A stretch of DNA of 64,000 nucleotides from Eledone cirrhosa (GCA_964016885.1 OZ024743.1:93372001-93436000); one strand, 5' to 3'. Positions 27,375-42,089 are shown, counted from the first letter of the stretch. Notes: generated from the letters alone by a model not told the origin. Numbers and translations are program-made.

Positions 27375-27523
27375 ATCCCAAACAAAAATCTAAATCGCAA
27401 CTCATAACAACAATACGGCACAATTATTTCACCTCAGTTGGCCTTGGTCTCTTCAACATCACACCAGGACACGTCAAAACAGAAACTGACCACACAAAAC
27501 TCAAGAAGTCTTTGGACAAATTT

Positions 27524-27583
<60 letters not shown>

Positions 27584-27585
<2 letters not shown>

Positions 27586-27888
27586 ACTCTTTTACCTGTT
27601 TCAGCCATCTGGCTGAGGCCATGCTGGGGCACCGCCCTTGTTGCTACACATTTTATCTCCAGCCTGTATAGGTTGGCCACTGGTGTAAGAGGGAGTTTGT
27701 TGCTGCTGCCCTTAGGTTTCCCTCGTGCCTTGCTGTGGGCTCATCCGGGATCCTGGATAACAAGGTGTCAAGATGTTTCTTGAAGACATCCATCTCCACG
27801 TCATGCAAATCTCTCAGATCCCTCGGCAGCTTGTTGAAGAGTTGATGGCCCTTAAATCCCAGGCTATTGCAATACCTGCTCCTTATTC
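27584..27888 (-). mobile_element. 3'-terminal fragment of a CR1/L2-group LINE
   Basis: Minus translation [11 protein letters not shown]...[17 protein letters not shown]...RAAATNSLLHQ followed by a short 3' UTR. Confidence 0.65.
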
Positions 27889-27899
27889 TATATATATAT

Positions 27900-27950
<51 letters not shown>

Positions 27951-27951
27951 A

Positions 27952-27999
<48 letters not shown>

Positions 28000-28106
28000 A
28001 TATATATATATATGTATATATTTATGTATATATATATATATATATGTATGTATATATATATATGTATATATATATGTATATATATATATATATGTGTGTG
28101 TGTATA

Positions 28107-28203
<97 letters not shown>

Positions 28204-28207
28204 AATA

Positions 28208-28244
<37 letters not shown>

Positions 28245-28249
28245 ATATA

Positions 28250-28296
<47 letters not shown>

Positions 28297-28312
28297 ATAT
28301 ATATATATATTC

Positions 28313-28389
<77 letters not shown>

Positions 28390-28393
<4 letters not shown>

Positions 28394-30395
28394 ACAAAAT
28401 ACTGGTGTGTATGAATGTAACAAGGAGAAGTGGTTTGTGTGTATAATATTTAATAAACAATTTGTGGATATATAGAACAGTATAGTTCACATGTCAATGA
28501 ATAGATGAGAGAATGAAGCAAAGTTATTAGTTACCGTTTTGGTTGCCTGGCAGAAGACGCCTGGCGAAGGCCAGGCGCCGGAAAGGCAAAATGAGAGATA
28601 GGGAGCTTAACGTTATTAGTTTTATAGGGTTCTGACCGGAAGTTACAGAAAGGGTTCTACTTCCTGTCTAGAGAGCGTTAATCTATTGGGGATGTTAATC
28701 TATTGGGAGGCAACTCCTGCTACATTACTTCCCACCAGATTTTTAAAATATAAAAATCGAATGAAATATGTATGTAGCAAGTTGGCGAGAATGTTGTAAC
28801 AGGCATGAAAATTAATTTTAAAAAAAATGTTTGCAAAAATCAATGATAGATATCAAGGTAGCCAACCGCTCTTGGCCAGAGAACGACTGGACATCTATCT
28901 ATCCATCACCCAAAGATACAATGTAACAAAGTAAGAAAAGAGCTGAAAGTTCAAATGTACAAAATATAGTTCACAGGTGTGCAATCACATGACAGCAGGA
29001 AAGAAAGTGTGTTCGAGAGAATGAATGCAGGTGGTTTCTGATCTGTGGTATATCGTGAAATTTCCAACCTCCGAATGGATTTTCTCACAGGAAGAGTGCT
29101 GCAAAAATAAATTCTCTGGCTTGTTCTGCTGGTTTTGGTTGTTGATGAAGCTGTGTTGCTGTTGATGTTGTTGTCTCGCGGAGTGAGCGTATTCGATGTT
29201 TAAATTCACCGTAAAAAAATTTTTTTCAGAAAAAATGAGTTGCGCAAAGTGCTAGAAATAACAGCCGAAGTTGATGATCGATGTTGAGAATGCGTTGACC
29301 TGGAAGGGTCAAGAGGCCAGCGACCAAAGAAATAAGCATTCTGAATAAATGCGCAGTTTTCAACGGCAAATTTATAAACCGGCAAATAGAAGAATATAGC
29401 TTAAGGCTGGAGAATCCTTGGCGAGAAACGTTATCACATGGCGTGCGGCTATCTCTGTAAGTCGAGAAATCCTGCTGCCTACACGTGCGAAAACAAGGTT
29501 AAGTTGAAAAAAAAATATATTTCTAATGCGCGAGAAAATGGCGCGAAAATGATGTGCAACAGGTCGTTGGCAGCCATTTTGAAAAAAATGTGTGTGTGAA
29601 AGTGACAATGATGAAAAAGAAAGAAAAGCTTCACTTAGTATAACAAATATGGCGAGTTCAATTTTTCTTTTGTGAACGATGAAAAAAACGATGAAGAAAA
29701 CGATGAAGAAAACGATGAAAAAAAAGGCAATGGTTGAGATTCATCGAAAATAAATGTTCCTGTTGAAATGTTTTTAAAAAAAAATCAAATTTCTTTTTTT
29801 TTTGTTTGTTCTTGAAGTGTTCGTTGTAAGAAACGAGAAACATATATATATATATATATATATATAGTGAACTGCGACAGTTAGTGGATGCGTGAGGTAA
29901 AAAGAGTCTGTCTGCACGAAAATTTCACATGTGCGTGTGTGCGTTTCTTTGACTAAGTATTTTCATAGTTTGTCAATCAAATTTGCTGTGTATTCGTAAT
30001 GTTACTCACACAACACCAGATTCTGCTATTTTTTTCTTTTTTCGGGGTCACCACTTATAACAAAATACTGGTGTGTATGAATGTAATAAGGAGAAGAGGT
30101 TTGTGTGTATAATATTTAATAAACAATTTGTGGATATATAGAACAGTATAGTTCATATGTCAATGAATAGATGAGAGAATGAAGCAAAGTTATTAGTTAC
30201 CGTTTTGGTTGCCTGGCAGAAGACGCCTGGCGAAGGCCAGGCACCGGAAAGGCAAAATGAGAGATAGGGAGCTTAACGTTATTAGTTTTATAGGGTTCTG
30301 ACCGGAAGTTACAGAAAGGGTTCTACTTCCTGTCTAGAAAGCGTTAATCTATTGGGGATGTGAGTGTCACAACAAGGGAGGCAACTGCTGCTACA
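28390..30395 (-). mobile_element. Second non-coding LTR element, sister subfamily of 4927-7077
   Basis: LTRs ~28390-28724 and ~30056-30395; PBS TGGTGACCCCGA (minus, 30042-30053, tRNA-Trp); purine-rich tract next to 28724; internal region homologous to 5293-6670; inserted in (TA)n. Confidence 0.9.
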
Positions 30396-30423
30396 TATAT
30401 ATATATATGTATATATATATATG

Positions 30424-30544
<121 letters not shown>

Positions 30545-30687
30545 TTATATATACATATATATATATGTATATATATATATATTTATATATACATATATAT
30601 ATACATATATATATATATATATTTATATATACAGATATATATATATACATATATATATATATATTTATATATACATATATATATCTA

Positions 30688-30807
<120 letters not shown>

Positions 30808-30834
30808 TATATACATATATATATACATATATAT

Positions 30835-30965
<131 letters not shown>

Positions 30966-31161
30966 TTCCCCCTCGTTATCGAGTATGGCCATTGCACGAG
31001 GAGAAAAAAAATATTAATAGATAAATAAAAAATAAAATAAAATAAAAAAAAAATAAATATATATATATATACACACGTACATATACATATATACATACAT
31101 ATATAAATACATACACACATATACATTAATAACAATAACAATAATAATAATAACAATAATG

Positions 31162-31242
<81 letters not shown>

Positions 31243-31288
31243 GACGCACACACATAAACATATTTATACACACACACACACACACACG

Positions 31289-34200
31289 ATAGCAACTAAC
31301 AGCACTGCGATCGAATGTGGCTTTTTAGCCCAGCCAATGATCTAAAATGTCTTGCACAGAGTTGGCAACCAAAACATTCACTGGGAATAGCCGGCTGTGG
31401 TTGGAGTTCGTGTACTTTTGCATGTCACTTGAGCCCTCCTGCTGATTTACATTCTCTACCACATGCTTGGCAAACATGATGAGTAGCATCTCCAACAGCA
31501 GCCTGGTAGTCAACCACTGGTCTTACTTTATGACTGCGAAGATGACTTTCGAGTCCAGCTTTGCTTAGGCAGAGTCTCGCACAGACGCTGCATGTCAGCA
31601 CCATAGGAGGACCCTCGCCGTCTGGAAGTGCAACAGCAATGCCCTTCCTCACATCCCGCTTTACTTTCTCGTATGCGATTCGAGATGCCTCAAAGGCAAC
31701 TTTTCCCTCATATACAGTCTTTGTCCAGTTATTATGATCAGCAGCAATATTTTCCCATGCATCAGCAGAGATGTTAGCGTCTTTCAAAGAGGCTTTCAAG
31801 GAATCCTTATACCTCTTTTTTGGTTTATGTGGCGGTCGTTTTCCTTTAACCAACTCTCCATAAAAGAGTTGTTTTGGTATGCTAGAATCCTTCATCCTGG
31901 CAAAGTAACCACTCCAACGGAGTCGTTGCTTAAGCACAAGAGCTTCTATACTGTCACACATAGAGCTTTCCAAAATCTCGACATCACTGATGTGGTCCCT
32001 CCAGTGAACGCCATGGATCCGTCTGAGACACATCTGATGGAAACGCTCCAATTGCTTAAGGTGGTGTCGATATGTGACCCAGGTCTCGCAGGCATAAAGA
32101 AGACAAGAGAGCACACATGCCCTGTACACCTTTACCTTTGTCCTCCTGCATATGTCTCGCCGACCCCAGAGTCGCCTTTCTAGCTTTCCGAAAGCATCAC
32201 TTCCTAATCCTAAGTGAGATTTCACTGTCAAGGTTGCTGTATCGATTGACAGTGCTTCCCAGGTAGACAAACTGATCAACCACTCCAAGTCGTTTACCAT
32301 ACACATAGATATTTGGTTCAGTGTACTGCTTACCAGGGGTTGGTTGGTACATGACGACGGTTTTCTTGAGACTGACAGTCAATCCTAGGGCAGTGCACGC
32401 GTCAGAAAATGCATTCAAAATGTGCTGCATATCACTCTCTGTGTGCGCTACAAGATCGCAATCATCTGCATACAAGAGGTCTCTTATGATTGATGTAAAT
32501 ACTTTTGTCTTTGCAGCAAAGCGCCTGGTGTTAAATATGCTGCCTGAGGTTCGATATCGGATGTAAACACCATGCTCGCAATTCCTGAATGCAATACAGA
32601 AAACCATTGCAAAGTATATGGCAAACAGGGTCGGTGCTGGAATATTCCCCTGTTTCACTCCATTTTTTACTGAGATAGGCTCCGACATGTTACCTCCGAC
32701 ATTAACCCAAGCCTTCATGTCGTCATGGAAAGACCTAACTAAAGCAAGGAACTTATCAGGGCAACCAAGTTTCTGGAGAACCTTCCACAATGCATCTCTG
32801 TTAACAGTATCGAAAGCTTTTGTCAGATCGACAAAAACCTGATACAGATCCAAACCTTGTTCCATGCACTTCTGGAGCTGTCTAGCTGAGAAGATCATAT
32901 CAGTAGTGCCGCGTCCAGCACGAAAACCAGATTGACTTTCAGGAAGAACACAATCTGCAATGTGTGTCAGCAGACGGTCCAGAAGCACCCTACATAAAAC
33001 TTTCCCTACGACAGAAAGCAATGATATACCTCTGTAGTTCCCACAATCATTCCTATTACCCTTTCCCTTGTACAAGACCACCATTACTGCATCTCTCCAG
33101 TCCTCAGGTACGGATTCATTAGCCCATATCCTTCTAAACAAAGAGTGAAGATGTTGCAGGAGTCTCTCACCACCATATTGTAGGAGCTCAGCATGTATGC
33201 CATCTATACCTGGAGACCTTCCACTGTTCAGCTTCGAGATAGCCACTGCAACCTCCACAAGCGTCGGAGGTTCTGCGAGAACTACTTTCACAGGACTTTC
33301 TGGAATGAGATTGAGGAAATCTTCACTGACGACAGACGGCTGATTCAAAAGATCATCAAAGTGCTCTCGACACCTTCGTAGAATTCCTTGTGAGACACGA
33401 AGAAGTTCCTTGCCATCCTTGCTGCAAAGCAGACGGTCCATAAACCTCATGCAAGAGACTGTACAACAGCTTTGTGTTATTGGAATCTGACGCAGTTTGT
33501 ATCTCACCAGCCTTCTCACTCCACCACTGATCCTTCATCTGAGAAAGACTCCGCCTAACACGTGATTTTACATCCTTGAGTTCCTCATGCAACGCGTTCC
33601 TCTCCTGTGGCTTTGCCATCAAGTAGCGTGACAGAGCACGCCTCTTATCAGCCAACAAGTCTTCTATATGTACATCATTCTCATTATACCAGTCCTGATG
33701 TTTTCTCTGCACCAATCCCAGAACACGCCTGCCTACATCATAAACCGACTTTTTAAGGGTCGGCCAATCCTCACCAAGATCTGCAGCCTGCATCTCTTCT
33801 TCCAATGTCCTCTTCACATTTTTATCCTTAAGACGAGCAGCATTCAATCTTTTGGGCAGGACAACACCAGGAATCCGGATTTTACGTTTAGTGATTAGTT
33901 TCACTTTTGCGCGTACCAGGCGGTGGTCCGTCCAACACTCAGCTCCACGAAGAGCACGAACACACTGCACATCCTGTCTGTCACGCATCCTGACTAGGAC
34001 GTAGTCCAAAAGATGCCATTCCTTAGATGCAGGATGCATCCATGTGGTCTTGAATTTGTTCTTTTGTTGGAACATGGTGTTGGTAACACACAGATCCAGC
34101 TCCTCACACATCTGCAGCAGGAGCATACCATTGTTGTTACACTTTCCCACCCCATGCCTTCCGATTACATTCCATGTGTTAAAATCCCTACCCACTCTAG

Positions 34201-34740
34201 CATTAAAGTCACCAAGCACGATGACTTTGTCTGCCTGAGGGATATTTCTTAAAACACCTTTCAAGGCATGGTAAAAGGACACTTTTTCTTCATCGACAGA
34301 ATTCATAGTTGGAGCATACACACTCACCAGGGTCGCATATCTTCCTTTGTCCAGCGGAATTCTCATGGACATAAGACGCTCACTAATCCCTACTGGGAAT
34401 TCTTCTAATTTATTCACAAGAACAGTTTTAACAGCAAATCCTACACCAGCCTCTCTTCTGGTTCCTTCATCTCTTCCTTTCCAGAAGAATGTATATTCTC
34501 CACAAAATTCTGTAAGATGACCATCTCCAGCTAACCTCGTCTCAGATAAAGCCACGATATCAAGATCGTAACGTCGAAGCTCCTTTGCAACAAGAGCGGT
34601 CCTTCGTTCAGGACGCTCCAAGGAATCCCTGTCAAGCAGCGTCCGTACGTTCCAGCAGCTAAGACTAAATGCCTTGTTTGGCTCTATTACAATGGCACGA
34701 TGACGAGCGGGCCCAGGCTGTGATAACCTGGGGCCCCTGC
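31289..34740 (-). mobile_element. RTE (BovB-like) LINE, EN+RT+C2H2 fingers, frameshifted
   Basis: WNVRTL, ALSETR, YAPT, LGDFNARVG, ECWTDHRLV; NYRGISLLS, FVDLTKAFD, LLYADD; LLYACETW; three terminal C2H2-like motifs. Confidence 0.95.
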
Positions 34741-34865
34741 CCTTATTGCCAATTAACTTTTTTGTTCCAGAACCTAAATTGCCAATTATCTCTTTTATAT
34801 TGTTCTGGATCATTGAATTTGAAAAAAAAAAGAGAAAAAAAAGAAGTAATAATAATAGTAACAAC

Positions 34866-34931
<66 letters not shown>

Positions 34932-34933
<2 letters not shown>

Positions 34934-35091
34934 TTTCTTTATTAACCACAAGGGTTTACATAAAGTAGACATTAAGGACAGTGCAGGACAATGCAGGACG
35001 GTACAAATGGGCATTTCTGCGTGTAAAAAACAAAAACAGAGGATGTAACAAAAATAACAATGAAAATAACAATGAAAAATTCCCCAATAGG
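34932..35091. repeat. 160 bp duplicate of the Tx1 3' terminus (copy of 36197-36356), flanking the Dong insertion
   Basis: gatttctttattaacc...tccccaatagg on both sides, each preceded by (TAA)n. Confidence 0.93.
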
Positions 35092-36171
35092 CTATCTACA
35101 ACATGTTCCACAAGAGGAGTGATGTCGATAGACTCTACCTAAGGAGATCTGAGGGTGGAAGAGGTCTTATCAGCATAGAGGACTGTGTTCAGATGGAGAA
35201 AAACAACCTATACAAATACGTGACCTATAGTAAGGAGCCAATGCTCAGAACTGTACTGAAGGAGGGGACAGTAGGCCAGGGGATGTCCAAGGAGGAAATA
35301 ACATCAAGGAGGAAGAGCAGCCTTAAGGGAAAATCCCTTCATAGTACCTTCTTTGAGAAAACTGAATTTAGAGATCCACAGACATGGAACTGGTTGAGAA
35401 GAGGAGACCTCAAAAAGGCTACAGAAGGAATGCTAATGGCTGCGCAGGAGCAGGCCCTCAAAACGAAGTGGTTGAAGCACCATATCTACAAGGAGGAGGC
35501 TAGCCCACTGTGCAGGATCTGTGGAGAGAGAGAGGAGACTGTGGCTCACATTGTGTCCGAGTGTAAACACCTAGCCCAGACCCACTATAAGGGCTGGAGA
35601 CACGATGTGATGGGCAGGGTGATCCACTGGCACCTGTGCAAAGTAAACAATTTACCACATTCTGAGAAATGGTATGAGCATAGGCCAGAGGCGGTGATGG
35701 AGAACAATCAGGTGAAGGTGCTGTGGGATTTTAGGATACAGACGGACAAAAAACTGGAACACAATAGACCTGACCTGGTGGTTGTGGACAAAGAAAAAAG
35801 ATCGTGTCTGATTGTGGATGTGGCCTGCCCGTTCGACACGAGAGTGCAAGAGAAGGAGAGGGAGAAAATTAACCGATACCAGGACCTAAAGTGGGAGGTG
35901 AAAAGGATTTGGAACTGCCATGAAGTCAAAGTGATCCCGATTGTCATAGGCGCACTGGGGACTATGTCCAAAAGTTTCCAGGGATGGTTAAAGAAAATCG
36001 GCCCCTTCACGCTTTTTGGAACGCTTCAAAAGGCATGCTTGCTTGGAACAGCAAGAACCCTCCGATACGTCCTGAATATCTGAGGCTGCAGGTAGTGGCT
36101 TGATATTCAATCCAACGGACTTTCCAGTTAACCAACATCAATGACTGAGATTCAAGGAATAACAACAACAA
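35092..36171 (+). mobile_element. 5'-truncated R4/Dong-type LINE (CCHC finger + restriction-like endonuclease)
   Basis: ORF 35103..36083: GGRGL, CRICGEREETVAHIVSEC, RHD, NRPDLVVVD..IVDVACP, EKINRYQDL, PIVIGALG; ends in (CAA)/(TAA)n. Confidence 0.92.
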
Positions 36172-36457
36172 CAATAATAATAATAATAATAATAATGATT
36201 TCTTTATTAACCACAAGGGTTTACATAAAGTAGACATTAAGGACAGTGCAGGACAATGCAGGACGGTACAAATGGGCATTTCTGCGTGTAAAAAACAAAA
36301 ACAGAGGATGTAACAAAAATAACAATGAAAATAACAATGAAAAATTCCCCAATAGGGGGGAGACTTCCGAGGGACATTTGTGGAGAAAGCCCATTAAAAG
36401 ACCACAGTGGCCCTGACCACCAGGGCAAGTGCCCTCTCCCAGTTTTCCACCTTTAAT

Positions 36458-39400
36458 TTACAGACACATACTCAGAGAAGGCCCATTCATTCGGGCCATA
36501 CTTGCTTCTCTCACCCATCTTTCAACAAAATGCTGGGAAGAGAGCACTTCCCTCTCTACCCTGACTTTCCTTTTCAAATGAAATTTGAAAAAGTTAATCA
36601 GGGCATCACCGAAGAGGTAAGTGCTCGTCTTCAGCCCTTTCAAACGTGTCCACCATACTATCTCTTTCGCCATGGCCACCAGACAGATAAAAACTGCCTA
36701 CCCTTCCCGGCTAAAGGAAGGGGGCGGGGCAATCCTCACGATGGACTCAGCTGATAGCTGGATCCGTCCTGCACGTGACAGCAGGTGTTCGACATAAACC
36801 CACAAGTCAGCAATGCTCGGACACTGGACGAGTGCGTGCAGGACGGTTTCGTCGCCCTGCGCGCATCTCGGACATGCCCGGCTGACGGCACCTCCATGCC
36901 TGTAGAGTTTATCCCGAACTGGCAAAGCTCCTCGGTAGCACTGCCAGGCCAGGGATTTCTGGAAGTTGTCCATAGGCCCCGGCCCGAAAGTCCTTCCGAA
37001 GAGATTGGCTAGTTGATTTTCGTCGACGCCTAGAGTTTCTCCAAGTACGTCGTCGCTCTTCCCCTCCACTAATCCTCTATAGAACGCCAAGGTGGAGTTT
37101 CCACCGATCACATTGCCCGATTGGTCGAGGGCTGTGAGCGCCTGAAGACATTCCAGTCTCCAAGCGCTCCCTCTCGGTCTTCGCTTGACCCAGGACTGCA
37201 GCTCCGTCAAGGAGACGAGCTGGGGAAAAACGCGTCTAGCAAACGGCGACCACACCTGATCACCGTCGAGGAAGAGGTGGAGATGTCGTAGCCTGAGCGC
37301 GTGTCTGCGCATCATCAGCCACGGCATGCCCAGCCCTCCACGTAGCGGGTGTTGACAGCAGATGGACCGCCTGACCATCGGAGCGCGTCCCTTCCACAAG
37401 AAGCGAAAGAGCAAACACTCCAGCGCAGTCAGGCGGGGCTTAGGAGAAGGTACGACGGTCAGGCGGTAGTAGATGACGGATGCGATGTACGCATTCGCCA
37501 CCTCCGCTCGACCTTTCAGGGATAGCTTCCTCTCGGCCCATTTCTGGGTGAGAGAAGCCACCCTGCTCGTCACCTCGTCCCAGTTTTTGTCCGTCTGGAG
37601 GTCTGGACCGAACCAGACCCCTAGCAATTTAACCGGTCCGTCCGTCCAGCGCCCGACGACGCTGTTGGACGGCATGGACCTGCCTCTCCAGGTGCCGAGC
37701 TGCAGGCCCACTGACTTTTCCTGGTTGATCATTGCTCCTGTCACCGCTTCGTATTCTCTTAGTGTAGTGCCGATCGCCTCGATGTGTTTGGCGTTCGACA
37801 CCACTACGGTGACATCGTCGGCATATGCTGACACGGATCTTCCGCATCCTAGTTCGCGCGGGACTCTCCTCAACGTCTCCAGTTTGTGCAGTAATGGCTC
37901 GAGAGTCAATACGTACAATAGGGACGAGAGGGGACATCCTTGGCGGACCGAGCGCATGATGTTGAACGGTTCCGAAAGGTGACCGTTCACTCTCACTACA
38001 GAGCAGATGTCGCTGTGCATGGCAGCGATCCAGCCTCTGAAGACGGGCCCAAAGCCAGCCGCCCTCAGGACTGCCGTTAGGTAACGATGGTCGACCCTAT
38101 CGAAGACTTTCGACTGATCTAAATTGATCAAAGACCCACCCGTGCCAGGTTCCCTAGCTACCCTCTCTACGATGTATCGCATGAGGTGGAGGTTGTCGTG
38201 GATGGATCTGTCGGGAATGGCGCATGTCTGTGCCTCTCCCACCAGACCACCAACGACAAGCGCCAACCTCTTTGCTAGCACCTTGGCCAAAATCTTGAAC
38301 TCTGTGTTTAGCAGAGTTATGGGCCTAAAATTATCTATGTTATCCCCCTTGTTCGGATCCTTTCTCAGCAGCGCCACCGCTCCTCGGCTCACAGAGCTGG
38401 GAATTCTCCCGTTCTGTTGCCAGTTGCAGTAGACGTCCGCCAAGAGGCCTCCGAACAAGTTTGGCATTTGTACGTAAAGTTCATAGGGCAGACCATCCAA
38501 ACCAGGCGATTTACCCCTTGTGCAACTAGTCATTGCATCCCGTACTTCAGCGGTTGTTATCGGCTTTTCGCAACACTCCGCCTCAGTGGCCGAAAGCCGC
38601 GGCAGTCCGTCGAGGTAGACACTAAAGTCCATCCCTCGATCCGGCCCGCCACTGCCCCCGAACAGTTGAGCGAAGTGTCGCTGAAAAGCTTCACACATTT
38701 GCCCGGGATCGAGTAGCATGCGCCCGTCGTGGTCCACCAAAGACCGGATCGTGGCTTTGTTGCCACGACGCGCCTCCGCCACTCGGGCCCATTGAACGGC
38801 TTTCGTCCCCTCGTGTCTGAGAGCACGCACCCTAGCTCTGACAACGCAGCCTTCGTGCTTTGCATTGAAGATTTGGTCAAGGGCCAATTTCGCCGCAAGT
38901 ACGTCGGTCGCGATGCCTTTGCTAAGCGCCTCATCTAATTGTCTAACTAATTCTCCCTCTGCTCTATTTTTCTCTATTGCTAAAGTCTTACTAAACCTAA
39001 TGGACTCTATTCTAATTGCTCTTTTCAGAGCAAACCACCACTTGTTGTTGACGATCGCCCCCGTCAACGCCCGCTTAACTAGGTCGCTAATCCGGTCTCT
39101 GTAGGCCTTGCGCGCTGGTAAGGACGCGTTTAGCTTCCAGTAGCCGGGTCCTTGTCTATGAAGCCTATCTAAGTCAAGCACACAGATCACGAATTTGTGG
39201 TCCGTGTAGCTGACTATCTTGAATTGTGGACAGCCTATGCTAGACCTATCTATTTCCCTACAAAATACTCTATCTAGATATGATCTGGATGACCCTATGC
39301 GATTTGTCCAAGTCCACATTGGTACATTCGGGAAATCCATTCGGTACCTGTCAGACAGTTCAAAACGTCTGAGCAGGTTGGTGAGACTCTTGCACCCTCC

Positions 39401-39877
39401 TTCCCTATCCACTAATCCCACACAATCCCAGCGTGCATCTAAGATCCCGTTCCAGTCGCCCACTAACACTAAAGAGCGGGACGTTCCAAGAAAGGTCTCC
39501 AGACGCCGGAAGAAATCAGGCCGCCCTGCTCCTGTCGGGGCATAGACGGCCACTAACCTGAAAGCTTGCCCGTCTCCGCTGGTCACGTCCAGCACCACCA
39601 ACTTACCTTCTGGGTCCAGGAAGATGGCTCGTATGGCAAGATCCAAACCTCTCCGAAAAAGCACAGCAACTCCTCCCCCCGATCCCGGACGGCTGGGAGA
39701 TGCGTACACATCGTAGCCGCCGAAGATCGGTGCGAAAGCCTGTGCTTCGGAGATTCTGGTCTCGCTGATGGCCACTACATCTATGTTTAGTGACCTGAGG
39801 TCGTTGAGCAGGTGGCCCTGCTTCCATGACGACCCCAAGCCACGCGCATTTATGCTGCCTATTCTGAGTGAGGTCAT
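36458..39877 (-). CDS. Tx1/L1 ORF2 (APE endonuclease, RT, C-terminal CCHC); one in-frame TAG at 36698-36700
   Basis: INARGL, ISETR, VYAP, GDWN, YLDR, TDH, GYWKLN, KSPGLDG, FRPITLLN, RQGCPLS, AYADD, CPRC..ETVLHALVQC; 36458..36679 continues in the same frame. Confidence 0.9.
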
Positions 39878-39911
39878 GTTGAAAAGGAGTGGAAAAGATG
39901 GGAAAGACCAC

Positions 39912-41802
39912 TTACCTTACTTCTCGTAGGGGAAGGACGGTTTTTCCATCCTTTTCACTGCTTGTGGCCTCCTCAGGAAGGATGTCCTTATAAATCCTCC
40001 TGGAGAGTGCTTGTCGGAAGTCTCCGATGTCTTTGGGGAATTTTTGTTTTAGTGTCATGTACGTTTTCTGTGTGATGCGAGTGATTTGTATGTGTGGAGG
40101 TGGTGTGAATTTTGGGGTTGTTGTGTAGTCTTTTTCTGTGATGCTGGTGTTGTGTTGGATGTAGTGTAATAATTGCTTGTTGTTCAAATTTAATGCTGTG
40201 TAGTGTGTATCGTTTTGGTTGTTTTGTTTTGTTTGCGTTTGTTGTGGGTTTGTTTCTGTTTCGCATTTTGGTGACTTTTGTGGTGTATGTGATGGTGGTG
40301 TTGGAGTTAATGATGGTGATGGTGTTGGTGTTTGGGTTGATGGCGTTGGTGATGCTGGTGTGGATGGTGGCATATCTGTCCTAACTTTTTTGTTTCTTAG
40401 TTTATTTGTTTCCCTCTGTATTTTGTTTTTGGAGGGGGAAGGAAGAGAATTTTTTCTTTTTTGGTTTCTTTTTTTTTTCCGGATATCGTTTCCCACTCCT
40501 CGTCGTCACAATCTGTCTCCAGTTGTGATAGGCCGGGGAGTGGAAAATCCTCCACAGCCGTTAGTTTTGGTTGTGGTGTGGTGGATGGTGTAGGCGCTGG
40601 TGCTAGTTCTGAAGCGTTGGGTGGTGGTGGTGTTGGTTTTGCTACTGTTGCTGGGGTTGTTGCTGTTATAGTTGCTTCTGTTGTTGCTGCTACAGTTGTT
40701 GTTGCCATCTCTGCTACTGGTGGTGTTGATGGTTGTGTCACTGGGGTGGGTAGGAGAGGTGGGCTCAACCTTTTAGCCTGAGGGCAGAAAGCCCTTAGGT
40801 GGGTTCCTTCACCACAAACGACACACCTAGGTCTTCTGCCCTCGACAATTACCGTGAGGTGGCTGCCGTCAGTGAGGTCTATTACCTCTGGGATCTCCTC
40901 AATGCTTTTTTGGTCCGCTTGGATTAGGAGCTCCATCCCAGATCCGGACCAGTTTTCCTGCTTTTCTTTTGCTATTGCTATTATTTTCGTGTTGGCTTCG
41001 ATGCCGGCGAGGACAGCCGCTATTAGCCAGGGAATTTCGATGGCCGGTGGAACGTGGGTCACCCTGATCTTTACGAGTCTCTGGCCACAATAGCTTGGGA
41101 CGAGTGTGAAGTCGTCACTTTTTAATGGGGCCATGGAGTGTTCTCTAGCCTCCTCTGGTGTTTCAAAGAACACATCCACGGTTCCATACTTTTGCCCACG
41201 TCTGATGTGGGTTTTTCTTGCCCACACATGTCCCAAAGCTTTTTGGATTTGGGACTCGGATGCCCGTTCCACTCGGCGCGATTTTACATTTATTGTTCTA
41301 TACGACACGGTGCATAGGCGCCGATGCTCCATTTTATTAGGTGGGGGGGGCTGACCCTGTACCCATCTTTCTTTACCATTTGTTTGGCATTTTCTAAATC
41401 TTCCTGAGTTACCGTATATGCTTCGAACTGTTTTGCTACTATTGCAAAACTGAGGGGCGTTTTTATAATGTCATTGTTGTTGTTGTTGCTATCGTTAATA
41501 TTAATTTTAGTTTCAGTTGTGGTGGTGGTGACGTCAGTCGTCTTTGGTGGGGAAGAGTCCATTTTGCTTGATTTCATTTCGACATCACGAGTTAATTTAT
41601 TTTTTTCTTCTTTTGTTTCTGTTGTCGCGGTGGTGGTGGTGGTGGTGGTGGTTGTCGCGGTGGTGGTGGTGGTGGTGGTGGTGGTGGAGGCTTTAACACC
41701 TGCAGTCATTGGTAATGGCGGGAAATGAATGTCTGCCTGAGACAAATTTAAAATATTGCTACTGCTTATATTTTTTTTTTGTGTTGGCAAACGTAGTAAC
41801 AT
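39912..41802 (-). pseudogene. Tx1/L1 ORF1 (Gag-like, CCHC knuckle), two frameshifts near homopolymer runs
   Basis: ORF pieces 41290..41802, 40397..41332 (CVVCGEGTHLRAFC) and 39912..40496; T/P-rich low-complexity linkers. Confidence 0.8.
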
Positions 41803-42089
41803 TTACAATGGTGGTGTCGGTGTGAGGTGTTATTTTGTGAGGAAGGCTTTCAGCTGCTTCGTGCAGAGGTGAAGTAGCCATTTTTTTTCAAAGAAATTTT
41901 TGGATAATAATAAAAGTTAAAATCTTGGGCACAAGGCCCCAATCTTTTTGGGTGTCCTTTTCGGAAAACAATGTATGTGTGCTTATAAACAGTTAACAAT
42001 AAAATTTTCCATAAATGGCAATTTTTAACAAACGGAAATAACAAACCTTTGCGGAGCTCACGATGATACGATTTACTACGTAGGTCGCC

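Larger units (their letters stand above)
36197..42089 (-). mobile_element. Near full-length L1/Tx1-clade LINE flanked by (TAA)n
   Basis: ORF1 with zinc knuckle, ORF2 EN-RT-zinc finger, 5' and 3' UTRs. Confidence 0.92.

Noticed and set aside
27403-27464. Hammerhead-like motif on the minus strand (ttgaaga...ggtgaaa...gtt)
   Set aside because: C3 is substituted without compensation, and stems I and II are out of register; too degenerate to call.
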